Notes under the pieces: model-generated | What the model was told of the DNA's origin: nothing | Database searches by the model: none | Seen by the model: only the letters and a program-made list of their open reading frames with translations | Assembly: GCA_963705295.1 (NCBI GenBank) | Contig: OY970065.1 | Location: 1,888,001-1,952,000, forward strand | Length of the DNA: 64,000 nucleotides | DNA from: Parachlamydiales bacterium | GTDB lineage: Bacteria > Chlamydiota > Chlamydiia > Chlamydiales > Rhabdochlamydiaceae | Direction: 5' to 3' | Program-made: the position numbers and the translations under genes | Shown here: in pieces, positions 41,301-53,300 of the stretch | How positions within the stretch are numbered: the stretch's first letter is position 1 | How the letters are laid out: each line of letters begins with the position of its first letter

Positions 41301-44300
41301 CGCCGGGTAAAACTTTTTGCCCTGCGATAATGTGGTCGGCTAAGTAAAATTCGTCGCCTGTAAGTACGGTTCTAAAACACTGCTCATTCAGCGTCGATAC
41401 ATTCGAGCCTATAAGGGGGTGGAGTTTCACAGAGGTCATTTGTTCTCTTGTGGAAACCCAGTATCTCTCTTTCAGGAATGGATATGTCGGCAAGCTGATC
41501 TGTTGATGCCCTTCGCCTTGATGTAGAATCTTCCAATCGATCTCATAACCCTTGGTATACAAATCCGCTAATACGAGTAATTTTTTTCGGTAAGTTACCG
41601 ACTCTAATTGTTTGGTAGAAAAATCTTCTAGGACCCGCTCTAGGATTTCCTCAAAAATGGGTTCTCTTTTTTCTGTTTGCTCCGCTTTTGGCTGAGCGGT
41701 TTTTAGCGCTGCTTGCAACTCTTCTATCGAAGAGACTACCAAGGCAAACCGATATTCAAAGTGAGCGCGTCCTACATTGAGAGTATAAGCGACCGCCTCG
41801 AGAGGTAAATCTGAATGCCGATCGAGATAAATAGCTAAATCTTTTATCCGCTGTTTTAAAGATTCTGGATGTTTTGCAGAGATGGTCAGTAGATAATAAG
41901 GTTTTGTTTGCCGTGTAGATAAAATGTACTCGGGCCCCTCTTCAACAATCAAATGTGCATTGCTGCCCCCAGCTCCAAACGAACTGATGCCCGCGCGGCG
42001 AGGAATTCCTGATTTATGTTGCCACTGAGTGACCTCTTGTTGCACATAGAAGGGCGTTTGACTAAATTCAATATAGGGATTCAACGTTTCTGAATGGATC
42101 GATGGCACTAATTGTTTATGTTTTAGTTGCAGGAGAACTTTGGTTAAGGCAACGATTCCCGCAGCGGATTCTAAGTGGCCCACATTCGATTTTATGGAAC
42201 CAATAGGGCACGATTGAAAAGGAACTCCATTTCCGAATGCTTTGCTTAAACCCCGTATCTCAATGGGATCTCCTAAACTTGTCCCAGTCCCATGTGTCTC
42301 GAGGTAGCTGATACTCTCAGGAACCACACCTGCATCTTTGAAGGCTTCGATGATAACTTTTGCTTGGGCATTTGGACTGGGAACAGTGTACCCATTGCTA
42401 AATCCACCGTGATTGACACTACTGCCCCGTATGACACCATAAATCCTGTCACCATCGTTCAGAGCTTGAGACAACGGCTTGAGGAGTACAGCTCCCACTC
42501 CTTCACCAGGGACATATCCATCGCCCCCTTCGCCAAAACTTCTGCATTTTCCATCGCTGGATAAAAACTGTCCTTGGCTCAAAAAAAGATATTTGTTGGG
42601 ATGGGAGGATATATTTACACCGCCGGCTAATGCTACTCTACACTCGCCTCTCTGCAGACTTTTGCAAGCCAAATGGAGCGCTGTTAGCGAAGACGAACAC
42701 ATCGTATCGACTGCTAAACTAGGCCCTTGGAGATTTAAATAATAAGAGACTCGATTGGCAATAGAAGCGTAAGAAGGATTAACCTCGGCACCATACAGTT
42801 GGTAAGAGCCGTACATCACACCGACAAACACACCTACAGCTGAGTCGTTTTCTCGACTGAGCCTCTCAGGGGTATATCCAGCGTCTTCTAATGCCTGCCA
42901 AGTTACTTGTAAAAACAGACGCTCCTGAGGATCTGTTGTCTCAGCCTCGTGCGGAGAAATATTGAAAAATAGTGGATCAAATTTGTCATGATCTGCAATG
43001 AATCCACCCCATTTTCCGTAGCTCTTCCCATCAGCCTTATTAGGATCCCAACGTTCTAGAGGGATCTCGGTAATACAATCTTTGCCAGCCTTTAAAAGTT
43101 CCCAAAGTTGTTCCGTATTCTCCGCTTGTGGATAACGGCCGCTCATCCCAATGACAGCGATCGCCTCATTTAAACCGATCTCGGAGGATGGTTTCTCATT
43201 GGAGAATTTCGTTTTCATATCTCTAAACTCCAGATTACTCTTCCTATTAGTCCCAAATTTTTGATGAAACACGTCTCTATGATTTTGCATAAAATATTCT
43301 GCTAAGGCTTTGATGCTTTGATATTCGAAAAAGAGTGTTTTTGGTAATTTCCCCATCTCTTCTTCTAAATGACGGGTAAAGTTCACAATCATCATCGAAT
43401 CCAAACCATACCGCTCAAAAGGGGTATCCTCTTTCATGCGCTCTAGTGGGAATTTCAATAATGTTGTGATTTTCTCCTTGAGATAGTGGATGATCTTCGG
43501 GAGTAGATCGTGTTGCAAGGACGACGGTTGCGGGGTTTCTTGCTCTTCTAATAGAGAAGAGATGGGGCTTGGATCTCCATAAATGATGAGAGATTCAGCC
43601 ATCATACTCCGGCTCAAACAGTCTGTAAAAGCTTTAATACCTAGGTCCGTAGGAAGCGGCTCCATTCCCAAGGCTTTTAAAGCTTGAATGGTCGTTTCAC
43701 TCCGGCCCATTCCCCCTTCAGCCCATAGAGGCCAGTTCATAGAAATCGTTCTTCCTCTTCGCTCCCCTTTTTTCACTTGTTCAGCACGAAAGTGGGCAAA
43801 TGCATCTAAAAACGCATTTCCTGTCGCATAATCTGTTTGTCCTCTATTTCCAAGGCGACTCGCGAGAGAGGAGAATACAACAAAACACTCTAAGTTTTCC
43901 TCTGCCGTAGCGGCATCTAGATGGATTGTCCCCCATACTTTGGGCAGGAGGACCGATCTAAAACTTTCCCAATTCTTTTGCAAAAGAAGCCTATCTTCCG
44001 TGATTCCCGCGCAGTGAATAATTCCGTGTAAGCTTCCAAAATGGGCTTTACCAGTCGATATCCACTTCTCTACGGTCTTTCGATCCGTCACATCTCCTTG
44101 CAAGTAAAGAACCTCTCCTCCAAGGCTCTCGATCTGCTTTTGTTTCTCTGGCGTAAGTGGGGAGCGGCCTGTGAGAATGAGCCTTGCCTGGTATGTTTTT
44201 GCTAAATACTCTGCAAAAATGAGGCCCAGACCTCCTAGTCCTCCTGTTATCAGGTAAACACGCTTTGAGCGCAAAGGAAGATCCCCGGGGTTTTGAGGTG

Positions 44301-47300
44301 GGGTCTCTTTGACATAGTGTTCTACCAGCCGCTCACCTCTCACATACCTGATGTGGAACTCCCTAGCGTATTTCAGTTCATCGACCAATTGGGTAATAGA
44401 ACTATATCCCACCACATGCATGTGATAATGGGGGTTTTCTCGAAAGAGGCTCTTTGCCAGTCCCGTGAGCATCATGCCTAATTCAAGTCTTGTAGATGCG
44501 GATTCATACGGCACCACAAAATGGAGATCTTCATCTATGTTTGCCAGCATGAGGTTTTGCAACAACCCTGTAATGGGGCGTACCTGTGTATCGATGTATG
44601 CCGCTGCATCTAGATGAGACTCGTTCAGCAAAATAAAGTGGCTGAGCTTGATGTTATTCTTCTGCACGGACTGAATAAATTGGGCGAAATCTTCCTTTTC
44701 TTCGAGGTGAAGAATTGGGTGGTTTGGAAGGTCCTTTCTCAACTCAGAGACAAATGCGGCATCTCTACCCACAACGCACACGCTATGTATCGTATTTTCA
44801 ATCTCTCCAATGCGTCTTTCTTTCCACTGAGGGGTGTAATAGGCCAATTCAGCACCTTTTGTAACGGAATGGGCTTCGAGATTTTCCAATTCGACACAGA
44901 CACGTCCTTCTCTGTCGAGAATCTGCAGGGCTACATAGGAAGCGTTTCGTCGAACATGGATGTACCCGGTAGATTCTGGCTTTCGATAGATCTTCAGTTT
45001 TTCCAGCACAAACGGCAGCAACAGGTTTTGGCTTGCAATATCCAGAGTAATGCTCGATTGCAATGCCGCATCCAAAATGGCAGGGTGTAAGTCGTATTCT
45101 TCTTTTTCGGTTGGCAAAGAATAGAAACCCAACCCTTCATCCACCCCCGTTTTCATCCATTGGAGAGCTTGAAACGTTTTCCCATAGTTCAAACCTATCT
45201 TTGCAAAATGGAGATAGATCTCCTCTTTTGTAAGGTGCAAAGCAAGCTTTTTCTCCAACTCTGAAACAGTCGACCAGGCATTTAATTGATGTGGCTCATC
45301 ATAAACCAAACTTCCCTGGCCGTGAATACCCTTTTCTGTATAAACGACGTACTGGACCTGTCCCTCTTGAGACTCTAGCCGAATATTTACCTCTACTTCT
45401 CTCTTATCGACGACTAAAGGTTTTGCCCATACGACATCTCGAAAGCCGGTGACTTTCTTTTCCGGCAATGCTAAATCGCCCGCTGCTCGAGCCATCTCTA
45501 GATAGACAACACCAGGTAAAACCTTTTGCCCAGCGACAATGTGGTCTGTCAAATAAAATTCACCGCCTGTCAGTACGGTTTTAAAACACTGCTCATCAAG
45601 CGTCGATACATTCGAGCCTATAAGGGGGTGGAGTTTCACAGAGGCCGTTTGTCGTCTTGAGGAAACCCAGTATCTCTCTTTTAGGAACGGATATGTCGGC
45701 AAGCTGACCCGTTGATGCGCTTCACCTTGATGCAGGGTCTTCCAATCGATCTCGTGCCCCTGCAGATACAAATCAGCGAGGGCCCATAATTTTTTCCGAT
45801 TGCTATCTGATTCAAGCCCCGCTTCTGGCTGAGCATTGTTTAGCCCAGCTTGCAACTCTTGTATCGAAGAGGCCACACAGGCAAACCTGTATTCAAAGTG
45901 AGTGCGCCCTGTATTGAGAGTATAAGCGATCGCCTCAAGAGGTAAGTCCGGATGCCGATCTAGATGAGTAGCTAAATCTTTTATCCGCTGTTTTAAAGAT
46001 TCTGGATGTTTTGCAGAGATGGTCAGTAGATAATAAGGTTTTGTCTGTCTTGTAGAAACGGTATACTCAGGACCCTCTTCCAATAAAACATGGGCATTTG
46101 CCCCTCCAAAACCAAACGAGCTGACTCCTGCTCTTCTTACTGTAGAGGAAATCCACTTTTGCGTTTCAGCTACAATGTAGAAGGGGCTTTCCTCAAGCTC
46201 AATGTACGGATTTTGAGTCTCGAAATGGACTTGCCCAGGGATTAGTTTATATTCCAACATCAACAATACTTTAATCAACCCTGCAATCCCGGCTGCAGCT
46301 TCGAGGTGACCGATATTGCCTTTGACAGAGCCGATGCCACACTGGTGGTTCGTTAATTTTATCCCTTTCTTATCGGCTAGAGTCCGGAACGCTTTTTTCA
46401 ACCCATTTATTTCAATGGGATCACCTAAACTTGTTCCTGTTCCATGAGCTTCGATATAGGTAACCGTTTCAGGATGTATGTCTGCCTGCTCATAGGCATC
46501 TACAATGAGTTGAGCTTGCGCTGTCGGATTAGGGGCTGTAAGAGTATTGACATGCCCTCCGTGATTTACAGCTATACCTCGAATCACTCCCCAGATATGA
46601 TCCCCATCTGCCAATGCTTGACTCAATGGTTTTAAAACAACGGCTCCGACCCCTTCGCCACGGACATACCCATTGGCTGCTTGATCAAAGGTTTTGCAAC
46701 GGCCATCGGGTGATAACATTCCCGCTTGCGCAAAGGTTCTAAATAACGTGGGTGTTAATAAAGCGTTCACCCCTCCAACTATTGCTGCATCGCAATCTCC
46801 ATCTTGAATCGCACGGACGGCTCTATGAAGGGCTACAAGAGAACTCGAGCAAGCTGTATCGACTGCTTCGCTTGGACCTGTTAAATTCAATAAATATGAA
46901 ACTCGATTTGCCAAAATGCTATGAGCAAAGCCTGTTGTCGTGTGAGCCTCAACGTTGTCTGTCTCGCAAAGCAATTCAAAATAGTCTTGAGCACTCACAC
47001 CTACAAACAAGCCCGTCTTATGCTCAGATAACTGCTGAGGTGTGTAGCCAGCATTTTCAATTGCTTGCCATACCACTTGCAGAAATAATCTTTGTTGGGG
47101 ATCCATTAACTCGGCTTCACGAGGAGAAATAGAGAAAAATTCGGCATCAAATTTATCGATGTCACTGATAAATCCACCCCATTTTGGAATCTCATACTTG
47201 CCCCCATCAAAACGATCAGAGGGAATTTCATTAATTAAGTCTTCTTGAGCCTTCAAATGGTCCCAAAAAGAAGCAAGGTCTTCACTACCGGGAAACTTCC

Positions 47301-50300
47301 CTGCCAGTCCAATGATGGCAATTGCATTTTCCTTGCCTTGCTCTTTCACAGGCATAAATCTCTGGGTTGGTAACTCTTTAGGCATAGAATAATGAGAAAG
47401 CAAAGGATTGCTGTACGTTTTCGAGAGGTACACAGCAAATGCTTCAATTGTTGGATATTCAAAAAATAAGGCAGGTGTAACAGGAAACCCATACCGTTGC
47501 TTGAGACGATTTGCCAGTTGGGTAAAAGAGATCGAATCAAAGCCGTAGCTACTAAGGTTCTTTAGAACATCGATTGTCTTTGTAGAAAGCTTTAATACAC
47601 CTGCAGCAATGAGGATCAAATCTTGTCTGATTTTTTCTAATACGTGATCACCCTCGGCAATTGCCGTTTGAAATATCGTCTCAGGGTCTACTTTTCCACC
47701 CGAACGAGCTTCAAGATTTTCCAGTTCGACATTCACATTGCCTTGTTTATCTCGTATTTGTATGGAGAGACGCGGTGTGCTGCTAGAGACCCGCTTACAA
47801 TGAATGGTCCCTTCGCTTTCAGGAAGAGTGTGAAAACGGAGACTACCTAATGCAAAAGGCAATGCTTGTTGATGATCAAGGAAGGCAATCGCAGCCTGTA
47901 ATGCTCCATCGAGAATACTAGGATGTAGGTCATAAGGCTCCTGGTTGGTGAAACTACTGGGCAAGGAATAATATGCTAAAACTTCTTCTCCATCTGTCTT
48001 CACCCATTCCAACGATTGTAAATGCTTCCCGAGCTGCAATCCTCTTGCAGCAATGTGAGAGTATATCTCTTCTTTTTTATACTGCTGCTGTAATGGCCGT
48101 ATCTCTAACTCTGAAAGGGTCGACCACGCCGACAATACGTTTGTTGGCTCGTAAACTAAAGCCCCCTGACCATGAAGCACTTCTTCTCCCTCCGATCGAG
48201 TATAAATCGCATACTGGACCTGTCCCTCTTGAGACTCTAGCCGAATATTTACCTCTACTTCTCTCTTATCGACGACTAAAGGTTTTGCCCATACGACATC
48301 TCGAAAGCCGGTGACTTTCTTTTCCGGCAGTGCTAAATCGCCCGCTGCTCGAGCCATCTCGAGATAGACCACACCTGGTAAAACCTTTTGCCCTGCGACA
48401 ACATGATCAGCTAAATAAAATTCATCGCCCGTCAGTACGGTTTTGAAACACTGCTCATGGAGCGTCGATACATTCGAGCCTACTAAGGGATGGAGTTGAA
48501 CGGAGGCCGTTTGTCGTCTTGCGGGGACCCAGTATCTCTCTCTCTGGAACGGATATGTCGGCAAGCTGACCCGTTGATGCGCCTGGCCTTGATGCAAAGC
48601 TTTCCAATCGATCTCGTACCCTTTGGTATAGAAATCGGCCAGTACGAGTAACTTTTTTCGGTAACTTGGCTGTTCAAATTGCTTGCTAGAAATTTCGTCT
48701 AAAATGCGCTCTAGGAGTTCCTCAAAAATAGGTTCTTTTTTTAATATTTGGTGCGTTTCTGGCTGAGCGGTTTTTAGCGCTGCTTGCAACTCTTCTATCG
48801 AAGAGACTACCAAGGCAAACCTGTATTCAAAGTGAGTGCGCCCTGTATTGAGGGTATAAGCGACCGCCTCAAGAGGTAAGTCCGGATGCCGATCTAGATG
48901 AGTAGCTAAATCTTTTATCCGCTGTTTTAAAGATTCTGGATGTTTTGCAGAGATGGTCAGTAGATAATAAGGTTTTGTCTGTCTTGTAGATAAAATATAC
49001 TCAGGCCCTTCTTCCAATAAAACATGGGCATTTGCCCCTCCAAAACCAAACGAGCTGACTCCTGCTCTTCTTACTGTAGAAGAAATCCACTTTTGCGTTT
49101 CAGCTACAATGTAGAAGGGGCTTTCCTCAAGCTCAATGTACGGATTTTGAGTCTTGAAATGGACTTGCCCAGGGATTAGTTTATATTCCAACATCAACAA
49201 TACTTTAATCAACCCTGCAATCCCGGCTGCAGCTTCGAGGTGACCGATATTGCCTTTGACAGAGCCGATGCCACACTGGTGGTTCGTTAATTTTATCCCT
49301 TTCTTATCGGCTAGAGTCCGGAACGCTTTTTTCAACCCATTTATTTCAATGGGATCACCTAAACTTGTTCCTGTTCCATGAGCTTCGATATAGGTAACCG
49401 TTTCAGGATGTATGTCTGCCTGCTCATAGGCATCTACAATGAGTTGAGCTTGCGCTGTCGGATTAGGGGCTGTAAGAGTATTGACATGCCCTCCGTGATT
49501 TACAGCTATACCTCGAATCACTCCCCAGATATGATCCCCATCTGCCAATGCTTGACTCAATGGTTTTAAAACAACGGCTCCGACCCCTTCGCCACGGACA
49601 TACCCATTGGCTGCTTGATCAAAGGTTTTGCAACGGCCATCGGGTGATAACATTCCCGCTTGCGCAAAGGTTCTAAATAACGTGGGTGTTAATAAAGCGT
49701 TCACCCCTCCAACTATTGCTGCATCGCAATCTCCATCTTGAATCGCACGGACGGCTCTATGAAGGGCTACAAGAGAACTCGAGCAAGCTGTATCGACTGC
49801 TTCACTTGGCCCTGTTAAATTCAGTAAATACGAAACTCGATTTGCCAAAATGCTAAACATCATCCCGGTCGATGTATACGCTTCAATGGCATCTTCCTGC
49901 TGCAGCAGGTCCCCATAATCGTGAGAACTTACCCCCACAAATAACCCTGTCTTATACTTAGATAATTGCTGAGGTGTGTAGCCACTATTTTCAATCGCCT
50001 GCCATACTATTTGTAAAAATTGTCGTTGTTGGGGATCCATCAACTCGGCTTCACGAGGAGAAATAGAGAAAAATTCGGCATCAAATTTATCGATGTCACT
50101 GATAAACCCACCCCATTTTGGAATCTCATATTTGCCCCCATCAAAACGATCCGTTGGAACTTCAGTAATTAAGTCTTCTTGAGCCTCCAAATGATCCCAA
50201 AAAGAAGCTAGGTCTTCACTCCCGGGAAACTTCCCTGCCAATCCGATGATGGCAATTGCATTGTCATTGCCTTGCCCTTTCACCTCTTTCACAGGCATAT

Positions 50301-53300
50301 CTTTAGGCATAGAATAATGGGAAAGCAATGGATGGGTGTAGGTTTGCGAGAGGTACACAGAAAATGCTTCAATTGTTGGATATTCAAAAAATAAGGCAGG
50401 TGTCACTGAAAACCCATACTGCTGTTTCAGACGATTTGCCAGTCTTGTAAATGTGATGGAATCAAATCCATAATCACTCAAATTCTTATTTACTTCGATG
50501 CGCGGCAATGGAAGATTCAAAATATCTCCAACTGCTAGAATCAGCTCTTGTTTAACCCTTTCGTTATTTTTTTCTGTTGATGTATTTTTTAGATCGGGCG
50601 AAGGATCCTGAGTCTGCTCAAAAAGACGTCTCTTTCCGTACACGACTAGACATTGCGCACTCTTTTTTTGGGTCAAACATACTTTCAATGCTTCAATGCC
50701 AAGAGCCGTCGGCATGCCTTCCAAGCCCCACTCTGCTTTCAAAGCCTGCTGGGTTAATGGATCCATCTGCATACCACCCTCCAACCAGTAAGGCCAGTTA
50801 ATGGCGAGGCTTTTCCCGTGCCGCCGTCCCTGCTGATGCTCCCCTTCGCGCCATGAAGCAAAATGGTCTATAAAAGCATTTGCACTCGCATAATCGGCCT
50901 GTCCTATGTTTCCCAAACAGCTAGCAAGAGATGAAAACATTATAAAACAGTCCAAATTCTCATGCTGGGTTGCTCGATCTAAATAGACGGCACCTAATAC
51001 TTTTGGTAAAATAACGGATTTAAAACTTTTCCAATCTTTTTGTAATAACAACCGATCTTCTACAATTCCTGCGCTATGAATAATTCCCTGTAAGCTACCA
51101 AAACGAGCCTTCGCAGTCGAAACCCACTTCTCTACTGTTTCCTGATCGGTAACATCTCCCTGTAAATAGATAATCTCTCCTCCCGCGCTCTTGATTTGTT
51201 TATCGGGTGTTAATGCGGAGCGGCCAGTGAGAATCAATCTCGCTTGATACGTTTTTGCTAGATACTCAGCCAAAATACGTCCAAGTCCACCTAAACCTCC
51301 CGTGATCAAATAAACCCCATTTTGACGGAATGGGTCTGTATTGACGGATTCCTCATGGGCAAGTTGAGTAAAGCGTGCAACCTTTCGCTGCCCATTTTGA
51401 TAGCAGACATGGTGTTCTCTACTCTCTTTTAATTCGTGGATGATTTGCGAAGAATGATCCACGCCCATGACACGTAGATAGTAATGAGGATATTCGTATT
51501 GAAGAGACTTAGCCAAACCGATTAACATCGTTGCTGGCTCCACTCGTGTTCCCTTTACGTTATAGGGAATCATCAGATCGACATCACCACTCACTTTTTC
51601 CCTCATTAAGGCCTGGAGCAACCTAACAATTTCGAACAATGTGGTATCGATATAACTCGGGGTCGTTTCCTCGCTTTGGCCAAAAATGAAACAGTTGGGC
51701 TGTAGACCCCGCTTTTGCAGATCTTGAATCATCCGTTGATAGTCACCGATCTCATCCTTTCGAAATTGAATGACTGTGGATTCCTTCAACTCTGATCTGA
51801 AAGCATGGACGAATGATACGTCATCACTGAAGATACATACGGTTTTGATGGATGATCGTTGATTCTTATTTGTAGAAACGGGATCTTCCCAGCTGGGTCT
51901 ATAGTAACTAAGTTCTATAGCAAGCGGACGTACACAAAACCCGTTAATTTCCATGCATACAGATCCAGAATTATCTACAACTTGTAAATGATACCTTCCC
52001 GAACCAGGTTTAGATTCTGCAGCCAAAACATATCCCTCATCAGGTAGAGTTGAATAAATGGCGACTGTCTCGATTGAAAAGGGAACATGCAATCGGCCGG
52101 TCGTTTCTCTTCCAGTCACAACATGAAGTCCCTCGGTACTCTGCAATATTCCGTCTAATAAACCAGGATGTAAAAAATATTTCCCTCGATCTGCCTTTGA
52201 TTCTTCCGGTAGCCTAAAATACCCCACGGATTCTCTTTCATCACTTTTAATCCACGCTAGTGTTCGAAATCCTTGTCCTAACGACAGCCCAGCTTGATTA
52301 AACCGGTCATACACTGTGTCGGATGTCATGTGAGAATTCAAACGGGCAATTTTTTCCTCAACATTGATCTGGGAAATAGGTTGGATCCTTTCACCATATT
52401 TCAATTCTCCTTCACAATGCACAATCTCACTTCCATCGGGACCGAGTGATATTATCTTAAAGGTGCTTTCGTCTAAATAAATGGCAACTTCCATTGTCTC
52501 TTGTTTCATCACAAGAGGTTGAAGCCAAACAAGATTGGACACATGAGTCACTTGCCTGCCAGGCATAGAAAATTCTCCAGCAGCTCTTGCCATTTCTATA
52601 TAGGCGACACCTGGTAAAATCTTTTCCCCTCTTACAATATGATCTGCTAAGTAAAATTCATTTCCGTTAAAGACAGTCTTGAAACACTGTTCTTTGAATG
52701 AAGAAGCATTCCACCCCACTAATGGATGCAATAAACCTTGACCGGACAAGGCGATCTTGTTGGTGGCTTTAGGGATCCAATAACTTTCTTTTTGAAAAGG
52801 GTAAGTGGGTAAACTGATCCGTTGACGAGATTCATCTCGGTGTAAATGGTTCCAATCGAGCTCATAGCCTTGGATATATAATTCAGCTAGAGAAAGACAT
52901 TTTTTGCGATACTCTTCTGACTCTAACCGTTCCATTCGCTCCTCAAAAATAGAGTCCCGCTTTTTGATCGGAGCTGAAGAAATATGATACTGATTGGACT
53001 GCAGTGCTGTCAGTAAGTCTTCTTTTGAGGGAACTACGAATGTACACCGGTGTTCAAAATGAACGCGCCCATAATTCAAGGTGTACGCGATGGCATCTAT
53101 TGGTAAATCTGGATAGCGGAGCAAATAGTGCTCTAAATCTCGAATCCGTTCTTTTAATGAATCGACATTTTTTGCCGATATAGCAAGCAAATAATACGGT
53201 TTCGGTTTATGCAGAGAAGTTAAAAAAGGATCTGGACCTTCCTCAATAATCATATGTGCATTGCTGCCGCCCGCCCCAAATGAACTAATCGCAGCAAGTC

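Noticed and set aside
36100..50260. KS0 non-elongating domains or glutarimide/rhizoxin-type KS-B branching modules
   Set aside because: All KS keep HGTGT, the DHs in modules 3 and 6 keep His and Asp, and no amidotransferase or other glutarimide genes are present.
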